Below, piece by piece: positions 51,322 through 64,000 of a stretch of 64,000 nucleotides of DNA; the first letter of the stretch is position 1, and each line of letters begins with the position of its first letter. A model generated the notes under the pieces. The model made no database searches. It was not told where the DNA came from and saw nothing but the letters and a program-made list of their open reading frames with translations. The stretch is taken from contig MU054220.1 of assembly GCA_013239625.1 (NCBI GenBank), positions 7,413,367 through 7,477,366 on the forward strand, read 5' to 3'. The translations under genes and the position numbers were made by a program. Source of the DNA: Lama guanicoe (Eukaryota).

Positions 51322-52914
51322 AGTTGACTAACTTTTCTGAAACTTAGTTTTCTCATTCTTTAAATTGAGATAATAACACTATATCCCAGGATTGTTATGA
51401 AGATTATGTAACATAGATTAAAAAGCTTCACCTAGTGAGGAATGCAGAAACACTGTTTTCATTCATTACCCTCTTTTTCCATTGTAATTTGAAACAAATA
51501 AGAAAAAATCAAAATGAAGACTTGAACTCCACCAAACACAATTTCAGACCTGAAATTAGCCTGAATAGCCACAAAATGGATTTCTTAAAAATGCCTGAAT
51601 CATTTTAGTTTATAAGATCACACTTGTTTATAAGACTAGTTGCAACTTAAAGTTTAAAATGTATTTTAAGGTTAGAGCAACTTTAAAAACCAATACATTT
51701 CTCCCTAATAATTAGAAAAAGCCTACTTTATTAAAGAGCTTCCTCCTTTTTCAACTGTTAGAAGGCAAAAACGTCTGACTGTTTCTGGAATGCAAACATT
51801 TTCTCTCTCATTTCATTCATTTTCCGCTTCTCTCCCTCCCTCCCTCCCTCCCTCTCTCCCCACCCCCCTTTTAATTATGGGAATTTTCATCATCGAATTC
51901 AGAAAACAGATTAACTATCACATTTATATTCTAGGACAGAAAAATATCAGCATTCAAAGCACTCAGTTTATAGACATAGCTGATCTCACACTCTCTTACT
52001 CCTTTCATACATAAAAATAGAAGCTAAAATTCAATCTCTTGAAAGGTCTAACTACATGGTGGAAGTAGTATATGGTATATGGTATCCACAATGGGCAGAT
52101 ACACGTCCTCTTTTATGTGTTGTCTTGTCATTCCCAGTTTAGAGCGGGCCTTTCGGCTACCATAGCAGGAAGACAGCATGGCAGCTGCACACTTTACTGT
52201 GATTTTAAACCATACTTGTTTTCTCAGAAACACAGAGAAGCAGCAACGCATTTTGCTCTCTTTATTTGCTGGTATTTTTATGGCAGCTACACAATCACTT
52301 TTTTCCCTGAACAAAACAAACAAACAAAAAAATTGTGTCTACTGATGGATGAGAGCAGTTGGAGCAACTTTAATGCACTACTAATTTGTCAAATATTTGT
52401 CAAAACAGTTTTGTCACCTTATTGTCTCCTAGACATTGCCTACTATTTAGAAACAAACACAAGATAAACAAAAATAAACAAATATATTATGTCATCCGAA
52501 AAGTGTCTGAATAATGAGAAGTTAAATGCTGAAATTCCCATCGATGTATTTAGAGATGCCTGGGTTTCTGAGATTTTTTTTTTTTAAGGCATATTTGAGG
52601 TCACTGTACATGATTCTTCAGTACAGGATTTTTTAGAGACTCAAAAATCCCCTGTAAGATCCATTCACAGGAAAAAAAAAATCTTCAAATTTTACTGCAG
52701 CTGATTCTAATCCTTCAGGGTTTGGAGCCCAGAATTCGGCAGACTGTATCCTGAGTACTTCACCATCTAGAGAACTCTCCTGGATGAGCAGGAATTAACA
52801 ACAGGGCGGTGGCCACTCGCTGGGCAGAGCTGATGACATTCATGTGACCCACATTCTAGATGATTTTGATTTAGAGGCTGCTCAGACATGAACCAAATCC
52901 TCTTTACTTCTCTT

Positions 52915-53247
52915 TAAAAAAGAAAAAGACAAATGAACTTATTTATAAAACAGAAACAGACTCACAGACCTAGAAAATAAACTTATGGTTACCAGAGGGG
53001 GAAGGGGTGGGAAGGTATAAACTGGGACTTCGAGATTTGCAGATACTGACTGGTATATGTAAAATAGATAAACAAGTTGATACCAGCACAGGGAACAATA
53101 TTCGATATCTGTAGTAGCTTACAGTGAAAAAGAATATGAAAATTAATATATGTATATTCATGTATGACTGAAGCAATGTGCTGTGCACCAGAAACTGACA
53201 CAACATTGTAAACTGACTATACTTCAATTACAAAAAAAAAAAAAAAG
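52915..53247 (+). mobile_element. Young L1 3' end with poly(A)
   Basis: 'gaaacagactcacagacctagaaaataaacttatggttaccagaggggg...aaactgactatacttcaatt' followed by an A run. Confidence 0.9.
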
Positions 53248-54309
53248 AACTAACGGAGCAGGAGAGAAGTCAATCTTCCAAGAGTCCTTTCTTTCCTAAG
53301 AAATCTGGGTAGAGGTCATGTTTTCTCTTTACAAAATTTACTCACGCTAAAGTTGTGTTTAATCTGGGGGAAAAAAGTGCCTACATTTCTGAATGAGTTG
53401 CATCCCATATCAGTAAAATCTCAGAAATAGTAAGACTCATTTCAGAGAAAGAGTTATTTCAAATGAAGAAAACTTTGCATCATCCACTTTTTAAATGGAT
53501 GAAATACAGTTTGGATAAAAAGTAATTAAGAATATAAAGTCAGGGCAAGAGATGAACATGGATTTGAATTGTGAGGCCAGCTGTGGGACCCAGTTTCCAA
53601 ATCTGAACTTTTTATTCTGGCCTCTACTTTGCCTCTACTTCAGCGGTTTTTGCACTAAGTAAAGATTATTGTCCCCAGCTGCTCAGACCAGACATTGCGA
53701 AGCTTTTCTTCACACCAACCATGTGGGCTAAAACAATTTTACCTCTGAATTATTGTTTTACCTCTTAAATATTAATTCATACATTAATACTTAAATATTA
53801 ACTAATACCTCTTAAATATTGTTAGAATTTGTATATCTCCTTTTTTCTCCTTACTCAGCACTCAGGTCTAAAACATCAATCATCTCTAGGTATGTCCTGT
53901 AGAAACAGCTTGTAAGTGCTCTGCCTTGGGGTTTTATTGCTTTGTTTTGTTTTGAATTTTTCAACCATGTAGTCTATTTTTTTTTAAATTTCTCAACCAT
54001 GTAGCCAAAGTGGTCTTCAAAATCCCCTAAATAATCTGGTCTCTGTCTGTCTCTCCAGGCTCTGAAATCACTGTATCTAAGCCCCCATATTTACCCTTTA
54101 ACCAACTGGCATTGAAGAATATAGATTTCCCAGCAAAAATCCAGAGATTCACTCTTACGAGATGTAGAGTTTAGTGTAGTGTGGATTGTGTAGCTAGGTG
54201 TGGAGTTACCTTTCTGGAACCAGCTGGTTTTCTAAGCCAGAATTATGAACATTCAGGGGAAGGATGGAATGGATGCTAAGAAGAGAACCCACCAGTATCC
54301 AATGGCATG

Positions 54310-54730
54310 GTATTTCTAGAATTTCAATGTGCATGAGGGTCACCTAAGATGTTGTTAAAATGCAGATTCTGATAAAAGGTGGGGCCTGAGATTCTGCATT
54401 TCTAACAAGCTCCTGGGTGAAAGCTCACAGATCTCAGAGGAGCCAGGCATTAGTGTGTTATTCATTTGTGGGTCAGATAAAGTAGAGTCATTAGCATCTG
54501 AGTCTGGGAGTCAGACAGGTCAGAATTCAGATCCTGAATCCAATCCCTTTTGGCTGACTTGGGCATTTCCTTAAAATACCTAAGCCTCAGGTTTTACAAC
54601 CATTAAACACAGTATACCCACCTCAAAAGGATGTTTGAGTATTATTAAATGAGATTATATTACTCATATCACTTCATATAGGCTTTCAAGCCATTGAGTA
54701 TAACCTATACACAGTAAGTGTTCAATATTG
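54310..54730. mobile_element. MER5-like MITE followed by a MIR
   Basis: 'ttgttaaaatgcagattctga...gggcctgagattctgcatttctaacaagctcc'; 'ctgggagtcagacagg...acagtaagtgttcaata'. Confidence 0.7.
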
Positions 54731-56327
54731 TGTTGATACTGATTTATGAGATAAAATACAACACAATAGTAAAGACCATTACTCTCAAAGAAGTTACTAT
54801 ATTCAGAGAAAGAACAAACATGGCTGTGTGAAAATTTGTGAAGGCTCACTCAATTCAAAAATTCTATTAGCAATGACATAAACATATAATTATCAGTAAA
54901 ATCAAGAAAATACAAGTATTTTTTATAATTCATGTAAGTGGGGTCTGAATTAATAAAATTTTCTCTAGACTGAATTTCTTTTTAAAATCTATTAGGAGAA
55001 GAAAATGTGGACTAAAATTTCAGTTCTTTCCCAAAGATCAAAAAAAGTTTAGTCTCAATTTATTCAACTGCTTACAGAATTCACATGCAATTTAAAAAAG
55101 AAAGTAAAATTTAGATATTGGCCAGCTTAAAGAACATTGTTTCGTATTATGCCTAGAATTCATGGAAATAAGGTAAATGTACCTAAATTCAAATTGCACT
55201 TACACGCCAAATTACAAGTTACTTTGGGAAAATTCGCTCTTTTCTTGAATTTTATGAGTAGCAGCCTGTATTAGTTATGCCTTGCTTGCCCAGCTGGAGT
55301 ACATAACTGACAAATAAATTAGAATTCAAGTGTTTTTTCTGTGATTACTATTTCTGGTTGAAATAAAAGGACACGAGTCTTTACTGTATGAACTTAACTT
55401 GCATTTGGCTGCAAATTGAGAATAAAATCAGGAGTGGGGAGTGGGGGAGAAATGGTTTTAGCCAAATTTGAGATCAGTTGGAAGGAAAGAGTGACTGTAA
55501 ATAAAGATGCCACAGGACCATCTAACTTTTCTCTTTGGATTAAATTAGGCGGCATTTACTACAATATTAAGGGTTTTGAAAATTATAATATTTTGCATTC
55601 AAATAATAATTGTGCAATGAGCAATAACTCTAATTCACCACGTTAAAATCCAGGGCTAAATTTACAAAACATGCAAATGGAGTGGGAAATATAGATCGAT
55701 ACATTACAAACTCAGATGGGTATGTTTTAAATGCAATATCTGAAGTCATATCCCTTAATTTCCCATTGAAAGAAGTTAATACTTCATGCAAAGTGAATGT
55801 AATAGACCTGGCTTGAAGTTCAACCTCAAACTTAGTTAAAACAAAAAAAAAAAAAGATGAAGTAATGCGTCTAATGAAGGTCTGATGGTATTTGCTTCCT
55901 GAACTTCACTTAAATTTGATTTTCATGCAACTTTTCATGCAAGTCTGGGGAGGATGTAGGAGAGAGTTTGGAGGCAGTGGGAGGTTTCTGGACCAGTCCT
56001 GTGGCTCCTAGCTGTGGCTTGTCTTTATCAATTGAACTAGAGAGACAAATTGGAAACAAAGACAGTTTTAAGCAGGGAATGAAGGATGGGGGATGAGAGT
56101 GGGAGCACTGTTTGTCGTGGGAATGAACGTGAGGAAACCCAGAAAATCATTTTGCACCACAGTAGAAAGTAAAGAGAAGTTACATCTATCGATGCGTCTA
56201 CAAGAAGGAGTTATTTCTAATCAGGTTTTCTCCTTTGTTTCAAAGATTGTTTATTTATTATGTTGCTTATTGATACAGCACATGATAAATAATTTTTTTA
56301 GAGAAGTTGAATATTTTATTTTTTATT

Positions 56328-56582
56328 GTGTCATAAAAAAATAAAATAATGTCATTTGCAGCAATATGGATGGACCTAGAGATCGTCATTCTAAGTGAAG
56401 TAAGCCAGAAAGAGAAAGAAAAATACTATATGATATCACTCATATGTGGGATGTTAAAAAAAAAAAAAAGGACGCTAATGAGCTGCTCTACAAAACCGAA
56501 ACAGCTTTGCAGACATAGTAAACAACCTTAAGGTTACCAGGGGAGAGGGAGTCGATAGGGATAAACTTGCGAGTTTGAGATA
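56328..56582 (+). mobile_element. L1 ORF2 end and 3' UTR fragment
   Basis: MSFAAIWMDLEIVILSEVSQKEKEKYYMISLICG matches the canonical L1 ORF2 C-terminus. Confidence 0.9.
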
Positions 56583-56654
56583 AATTCTTTTATTAAAAAA
56601 AAGATGATGAAGATAAGGTAGGGCTTTAAGGTCAGATTTCCTTTTTTACTTTTT

Positions 56655-56862
56655 GGACAGGGATTCTGCCTCCACAGGACACTCAGCAATGTCTTAGAGG
56701 CATTTTTGGTTGTCACAGCTCCGGGGAGCACGCTCTTGTCCTCCAGTGGAGACAGGCCAGGGATGCTGCTAGAAATCCTACAATGCAGAGGACAGTCCCC
56801 CACAAAAGGGAATCATTCCACCCAAAATGTGCCAAGGTCGAGAAATCCTCCTTGAGGACTGG
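56655..56862. mobile_element. MER20-like hAT MITE
   Basis: 'gcaatgtcttagaggcatttttggttgtcaca...gccagggatgctgctagaaatcctacaatgcagaggacag'. Confidence 0.85.
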
Positions 56863-58324
56863 AAAACACTCACTGCTGGTTTTACTTACGTATTTATTTA
56901 TTTTAACAGGAATAAAAGTAAGCTTTACCAACTGTGGATACCCCGTCCATGTCTTCTTGTCATTTTAATTTCCTACAGAGTCAGGACAGCCAACCATCAT
57001 TTTGTTTTTCCCTTTCTATACCTAATTGTCTTTCAAAAAGTCAATTTGCTTCTTATAAGTTGCCCAAATTGAGGGAACAGGTTGAATTTTCTCGGGAACT
57101 ATTAGAAGCAGATGTTTAGATTTGATGTTTTGTAGAGCAGATTGACGTATCCTTGGTTCTAGAGTCAGAATGTCTGAGTATTAATCCTGATGTGAAGTTT
57201 CTCATCTGTGAAATGGACCTGTACTTTGAACCACTTCATAGGACGAGTATACAGATGAAAAGAAATAATTCATATAAAGCAATTAGAACAGCACCTAGCA
57301 TAAATGCTAAATACATGTTAGATATTTTTTAGGAAAAAAAACTCCTCCAAAACAATCACTCACCACAGCCTTGATCATGATTGTTAGATACTCAAGATCC
57401 CCTGATATGAGTACCATTAGAAAGATGTATTTGCAGGTACGTTGAATTTTTTAATCCTCTCATAAGGGACACCAGCTGCACATCATAAAGTAATAGTGGA
57501 CTTCTATAACTATAAATTCAACCAACGAATTCGCTAGATCTCCTGGAACTTTATGTAGCTGGTGAAGGATGGCTGAAAATTCTTTGCCCAGATGTAATCA
57601 TAAAAATTAGAATATATTTTGTGTAATTTTCTTTCTTGGACTAAGCTTTGCTGCTGCTATTGTAGAACAGCCTTAATCATTCCTCCTCCCACTTGGTGGC
57701 ATTTTTAGATCTTTTACTGAGTACAGTTGTGTCCTTTGTGTTTATATTTCAAGTTACATGAATAGACGAATATAAAAAACCAATGTTGTTTGTGTACAAA
57801 AATCATCATTTATTCAACAAATAGCATTGTGCTAGGTACTAGGAATACAGAGCCACATAAGACCAGCTTCAGCCACACAGCATCCACATTTCAGTTTCAG
57901 AGAGAGACACATGCAGAGAAGTTGCAGTACAGTGTGGTTAAGTGATGGGCTAGACACATGAGATAAATATGTTGACACGCACCTTCTACGAACTACATTT
58001 AAGTAGACAGATCTAATAGGCAACAATCTTAAGCATCAGAAGATTATGGAGGCAAACTCCTGCTGCACTTTTGTTTAATTATCTGTAAATTCAAGCATAG
58101 GCGGTCAGGATTAATAGGATTAGGAGTTGACGTACCTAAATGTGTCCATTTTTTATATCTTATTCTCCATATTGTAAGTATCAAGGACAAAAGTAAGATG
58201 TCAAATACAAAAATGTCTTGTAATTTACCCACCACCAGAAAAAAATTAGTTTGCATACCAGAAAGTATAAAGACACCTACAACAGAAAAATGAAGCTTTT
58301 AATTTCCTTTGTCACGTAGACACA

Positions 58325-58780
58325 GCCCTAAAGGTATTCGATGCAGTTCTGGGTGCCTCATCTTAAAGGATACAAACAAATGGATGGGAGAGAAGGTAGC
58401 AAAGGGAGTAAAGTGAACCCAAATACTGAAATTTGGAACAAGTTAGAAAACTGGGCGTAAATAGCCTAGCAATAAGAAGTCCTGGGGGGCAACATCGCAA
58501 TCGTTTTCCAACACGGTTAAAGGAGTTAAACCATGGGCCGTACTGTATAATACAAATGTAGAAGAAGAATGGCTGTGTAAAGTACTTATTTCATCCTATA
58601 AAGAAATGTTGAAATATCTTTTTTAAAAAGTATGAAAAGCACTGTCTTAAGGATGCAGAGGATTCTTCCTCATCCAAGGTGCCTGTCCACAGGACTGATG
58701 GGATTACTGGGGGGGAATTCAAACGTCATACGGGTAGTGATGAATTACTTCTCCCTCCAACATCGAGAAATTCTGTTTTT
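58325..58780 (+). mobile_element. CR1/L3 LINE fragment
   Basis: Translates to QFWVPHLK...KLGVNSLAIRSPGG.., similar to the CR1 ORF2 C-terminal motifs QFWAPHFK...ELGLFSLEKRRLRGD. Confidence 0.65.
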
Positions 58781-60510
58781 AAAATGGGAAACTGAATTAT
58801 GTGTACTTGACTAAAGTTGCTAATGAAAGTTAGGAATGGATTAAATGTTGAATACTCTTCTGGGCTGCATTCAACTACAGAGGAATCAAATTACACCACT
58901 GGTGACCCTCGGGTCTGTCGCAGAAATGAGATGTCTATCTCATGAGGCTATTACAGTCAGCAAAAAATTTAAATAATGACAATTAAAGGGTGGCTGGTTT
59001 CCCTAACTAGTGAAAGTTCAATATCTTCTAATTATATTGGTGGCGCAGTATGGCTGCAACATATGACTTAGTAGCTCTAATGCATACTGTAATGAGTCTT
59101 TTCATTTTGGCTCTATGCTGTATGCTTTTAAATCTCTTGGGCATATGAAATATGCCATTGCCAAAGGACAAGGAACTCAATGTTTTTGACATGGTATAGG
59201 AAAGTGGCTGCTTAGGGAACAAAACATTTTAAAAATTCAGTTTTTTTCAGCAGTCCGTTTATTACTGTTCACCCTCTACCATTCTGCGTGCTAGATGCTA
59301 AAAATAATGCAAAGATCAATAAAACACGAATCTTACCCTTCAGGTGATCACTGTGTAGTGGGAGAGAAAAACATGTTAAAAAATATCTGTTAACAGAATG
59401 GGGAAAATGTGCTAATGATGCTACACACAAAACATGGACATGCGTGGACAAGAGCTGTCAGCTCTGCTGGTGGATGGTGATGCCACTGGGAAGGAGAAGG
59501 TCGGAAATTTAAGAGTAAGTTACATTTGAGCAGCTTCTAAAACAGTGTGTAATTTGGCAGATTTAAGCCTTATAAACACTGTAGAGTAGTCACTGTAAAC
59601 ACAGCTAAATATACAAATGAAAACATGAGAAAGCATGACACAGTTGGTGTGATGAGGCATTGGATGTTTGTGTTGGCAGCGACCTGGAAGTGAAGCTGTA
59701 ACATCAGATGGAATCTCAACTAAACGAGATTGGAGCCATCAAGGGTCTTAAACTTCTTTTTCTCTATCTCTCTCTTTCTCTCTCTTTTTTTTTAAATCCA
59801 GAGCTCACTTACTTCCCAGCAGATGGAGATTACTCTTCATTACTTTTTCTAGACTATTACTTTTCTATCCTGATATATTAAAAACAAATCAAACAAACCT
59901 GCTCCTTTGAGGTGCACAGTATTCGGCCCCATCGATGCTCCACCTCCCCACCCAGCTGTGTTCACCTTCCGTGTTCTAGATTCAATCTCCTCCGCTTCTC
60001 AGGAACCTTAGCTCTTGTTCGTGCTCTTTGACCAAAGCACGTATAATTCTGATTGAGGTCAAGTCTATATGGATAAGAATCCTCTTAACATTTCGGCCTC
60101 TCAGTTTTCTTAATGCCCTAACCCCCAGGGACCTTCTCACTTTCTTCACTTCAACCAGCCACGTACAAAATTCCTACCTTTTAATTTGTTATCTGCTGTT
60201 TTCATTTGTTATCTTAAAGCTGACTCCTCCAGGCATATTACGTCGCACATTCTCAGCTCTGACCACAAGCTCCTCTTTTCCCAGAAGGCGAGCTGGATCA
60301 TGTCCAATACATTCATCTTTTTTATCTTCATCTCCACCTGTAGACACATCTCCTTTCTTTCCTTTAATCCTTCAGCTCTCAAATTTCTTCATTTCCAATC
60401 TACGTAGTACAGAAGGTTTGATCCATCATTTTAAGAAAAACAGCTGTCCATTCTCTAAACATTTTAGGTCAGTGTTACTACAGAAGGATGCAGAGTGACA
60501 GTAATTGAAT

Positions 60511-60652
60511 TTTTAAAAATTCTCTTAAGATTTTATTTTTTTTAATTTTATTTATCTGTTTGTTTATTTTTTAATGGAGGTACTGAGGATTGAACCCAGG
60601 ACCTTGTGCTTGCTAAGCATGTGCTACATCACTGAGCTATTTCCCTTCCCCC
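60511..60652 (-). mobile_element. tRNA-derived SINE (vic-1/ALPINE type)
   Basis: 'gaggtactgaggattgaacccaggacc...cactgagctatttcccttcccc'; TSD AGTAATTGAAT/AGTAACTGAAT. Confidence 0.9.
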
Positions 60653-61059
60653 TAGTAACTGAATAGGAGTAACTGAGTATTTGAATTGTCCAGGCCTTTC
60701 TCACTGTCAGAGAGCATGACCCAGCAATCCTGTGAGAAGAGATTTCCATTAACCCTCCCACAAAAGGTACTCCAGAGCTAGGAATTCATGTAAGCTGGCA
60801 GGAATGTGAACCCACTTTGAAATTGTTAATATAAGTTGGGACAGTTAGATTTTAATAGTTAGTTGGAAGAATAAAGGTGAATTGAAACTTGTGGGGCTCC
60901 CATCCGGACATGGAAACTTACAGACATATCTGCATTTTTATCCACAGATGGACCTTTGTAAATAACAATACTATAGAGCTGAAGAGGAATGTGTTCATGT
61001 CCTTGCTTTATTAAATCCTATCCATTGTTTTTCTATATAATTGTTTATATTAGAGATTT

Positions 61060-61575
61060 TATCTTCTAAGCATCTTTCAAGTCCATGCATTCCTTTCTAT
61101 GTCCACTGCAGCTACTCTAGTTCAAACTGTCATCATGGTGAGGCTGTAATATCCTCCAATCCAGTCTCCCTGCTTCCATCTTTTCTTTCTTTTCCTCTTT
61201 GAATTCATGTGGATGCTGTAACTGAAGTTATATTCTCCCTCTGCGAATCATTCCCTTTTGCTCTTTTAACAATTCAGTGCTTATCCGTTGTTTTTTAAGT
61301 AAAAGTCTAACTCCTTCAGATAGTCTAAAGTGTCACACCCTGACCCCTACCTTCCTCTTTCTCCTCAACTCATGAATATTCTTTCCTTTCTAGTCTCTCT
61401 CTCTACCCTCTCTCCCAGCCTTGGGGTGCACCATATTCTTTTTGGTCACCTTCATGTTTTCAGTTTTGCTCCAGAAATGATGAAAAAAGATCAGCTTTTA
61501 CTGATCATCATGTCCTCTTTGCTTATAACAGTGCTTGGCACGTGGAAGTAGTTCAGTAAATATTTAATGAAAGGA
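61060..61575. mobile_element. L2 fragment
   Basis: 'acagtgcttggcacgtggaagtagttcagtaaatatttaatgaa' L2 tail plus an upstream pyrimidine-rich L2-like body. Confidence 0.6.
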
Positions 61576-61624
61576 AGAGCAAAGGAACTACATCAGCACA
61601 TAGGACTAATCTATATTGTTACAT

Positions 61625-62020
61625 ATATATTTCATTGCTCTAAAATAACCTGTGTACACACACATTTTTAATAGTTTTAAATTTCAGGGTGTATTTCACA
61701 CTTGATGATGTCACATGTCACTAAGAGGCTTTCCCACTGTAGTTGTTGAGGCAAGCACTGTGTCAAATTGCTTCTGCAGATAACGGGCGGTACAAATGTA
61801 ACTTCCTGATTTTGTGGTCAACAAACCATTGGTGGACCATTTAAAGAAGGAGTGTGAGTCCTGGTCGTTGTCTCAAAACCTTGTGTTGAAATTGTCTGAA
61901 ATAAAAGTTACAGAATAGGTGTCAGTGGCTTGAGGGGCAATCGAAGTGGTAAAATGGAGGCAATCTCAAGAAATGCCACATTCTCATAACTTTTATTAGA
62001 ACAAAGGAGGAGACCTCATA
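61625..62020 (+). mobile_element. Decayed Tc2/pogo-type DNA transposon (Kanga/MER104-like) with transposase remnant
   Basis: From ~61793 it reads QM*LPDFVVNKPLVDHLKKECESWSLSQNL...E*VSVA*..., then KKCHI after a frameshift; upstream 'tatttcattgctctaa...' resembles the MER104/Kanga terminus. Confidence 0.7.
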
Positions 62021-64000
62021 GAAACATATGGATACAGGTAGCCCCGAGGTGAAAATGATTCAAAAGAGTAGGGTCCTGAATGAGATGATATTTTAAGAAA
62101 ACCACAGGTCAATATATTCAGATTACATATTTCTTATGTTTTTACAAGGGTGACACATGACAAAAGATTCTTATATATGTTTAAATAAAAGTCTAAGTGA
62201 TAAAACATTGTATCATTGTTTATGTAACAACATTTATTCTTTCTTAGTGATTAATAAAATACTGACACATTTGACAAACTATGGGATCTCATCTTTAATG
62301 AAATTGATTAACATCCACTATTTTATAAAGTTCTGGTCCATTTCATAGATTTGCTTTTCTTAGGGAAAAAAAATCATAGAATCCTACATAGTCAGATGGG
62401 ACATTAGAGATTACGGAGTCCAGTGTTCTCACATTGACGATACAAATCTTAAATGATGATTAAAAAGAATTACTTCACTATTTTCAAGGAGCTAGTTACT
62501 GATCTACAAATTCAGTGATTTTTCTTTTCTTGTCTGTTGGATCCATACTGAGTTATTTCTCTCTCTCGATATTAATGGAAGAACTGTACCTCAGCAATCT
62601 GGTTTTGTACTAGAAAGAGCTGACTTCTCGAGCAGAAGCTTCTAAAAGTGTACCAAGATGGTAAGAAATTCCTGAAGCCTGTTTTATTCTTTCTGTTCCT
62701 CATAGCTTGCCTACCTGCCATGTGCTATGAAGCCTGAGATTCAAATGAGCTCTCTGCAAAATACAGATACCAAAAATATGCCTTGCTTCAGAGGAACCTC
62801 AACATCCACCCCCACCACCTAAAGGAGGAAGGCAAAAAATTGCCATGACTAGCAGCCTTTCCACAAAGAATTTTTCACACCTCCTATTAACTCACTTTGA
62901 GCTTCTTGAAATAATAGGAACCCCCAATGCACTAAGAAGGTTTGGATTTTCCAGGATTCAAGTTACAGTCAACTTGTTTTTTTAGCTTTATCATTGTCGT
63001 TTCACCGGAATTCAGAATTAGGTTGGCAAGGTGAGAAATACTCAAGAAAATGTTTTGGTTTTTTTTCCCTCTACCCTCTTTTGGCTCCATCTCTAGGATA
63101 AATGCTGACAAACCTGGTGACTGGACAGTAGTCAGCACTTAACAAGTATCTGCTAAAACGAAAAGAAACTGAAATAGAAAAAGGATTATTTTCCTTCGGT
63201 CCAAGACTGAAAGTGAACTTAACAGCCTTTGCAGAGTGAAACGCTGGCACCAAAGTGAGTCCTGCAAAAGGTCTTTGCTGGGAACTTTGCTTTTGGATTT
63301 GATCTGGATTTGCTTTGCATTAGACTTCTTTACAAGGACTGCCCTGTCTCCACCACTGACTCAGCTGGTTTGAGAGGAGAAGAAAGCTCACCGTGTCGAG
63401 GAGCTAAAAACGGCTAACTCCAAGGATTTCTAACATGAAGCTAGATACAGCCAGTATCATAGAGCCAATTCGATAGTTTTTCTCTTTTTGTCTCTCCTTC
63501 TCTTTTCCTTTCTTCATAGGAAGAAATGCTTAAAAAAAAAAAAAAAACCCCGTCAGTTTTCATTTACATTTCTCTCTCGAACGTCCCTAGAGGTCCTGCT
63601 GGGAGTTTTAGAATAAACGTTAAAACTGAAGTCTTTATTGTGATTGTGTAGAGTGAACCTGGCAGCGCTGATTACTGCAGGAAAGAGATGGATTCCCGAG
63701 ATCTAGCAATGATCTAAACTGGAGGCCACGGAGATCACAGTGTCCCTTCCTGAAGCCTATGTCACTCAGTTAAGAGGAGGAAATTGCATTTGGGTCTTGC
63801 ATGCAGTGTAGGAGTTACGCAAGATCAAGTTATTCTTTTATTTTAGGGAAACCACTAACCCAGCACTTGGATTCAGTAGTATAAGTAACAACCTAGAAGC
63901 AAGGGAGTCACTGGGTTTTATTTTTATTCCCTCAGGCCATCATGTAATGACAAAATCTGGAAAGTTAAGTCCTGAATGTACACCTCATTTTTGGATGAGT

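Noticed and set aside
52072..52467. 131-aa ORF
   Set aside because: No recognisable homology, it crosses an (AAAC)n tract, and there is no supporting exon structure
60028..60498. 156-aa ORF
   Set aside because: TTG start, no recognisable domain, and it lies in pyrimidine-rich sequence resembling decayed L2

Overview
AT-rich, CpG-poor mammalian DNA. It is most likely camelid (alpaca/llama/camel), judging by four vic-1/ALPINE-type tRNA-derived SINEs and a cetartiodactyl-type young L1 3' UTR. I recognise no intact protein-coding gene, RNA gene or CpG island, and the ORF track is explained by chance, microsatellites and retroelement debris. The window looks intergenic or deep intronic. It is dominated by L1, L2, CR1/L3, MIR, MaLR and ERV solo LTRs, MER5/MER20 and one decayed Tc2/pogo-type (Kanga-like) transposase. 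The most notable structures are: (1) a head-to-head inverted pair of related ERV solo LTRs only 369 bp apart (46625-48237); (2) a ~620 bp TSD-flanked mini-L1 made of a 5' UTR fused directly to a 3' UTR (8884-9504); (3) a 2.3 kb collapsed L1 lacking its RT region and carrying a local inverted duplication; (4) two twin-primed, 5'-inverted L1s; (5) an LTR with a nested SINE and a higher-order pyrimidine repeat. I did not find convincing evidence of a new biological system. Repeat family names come from memory of consensus motifs, and boundaries are approximate unless a TSD is cited.
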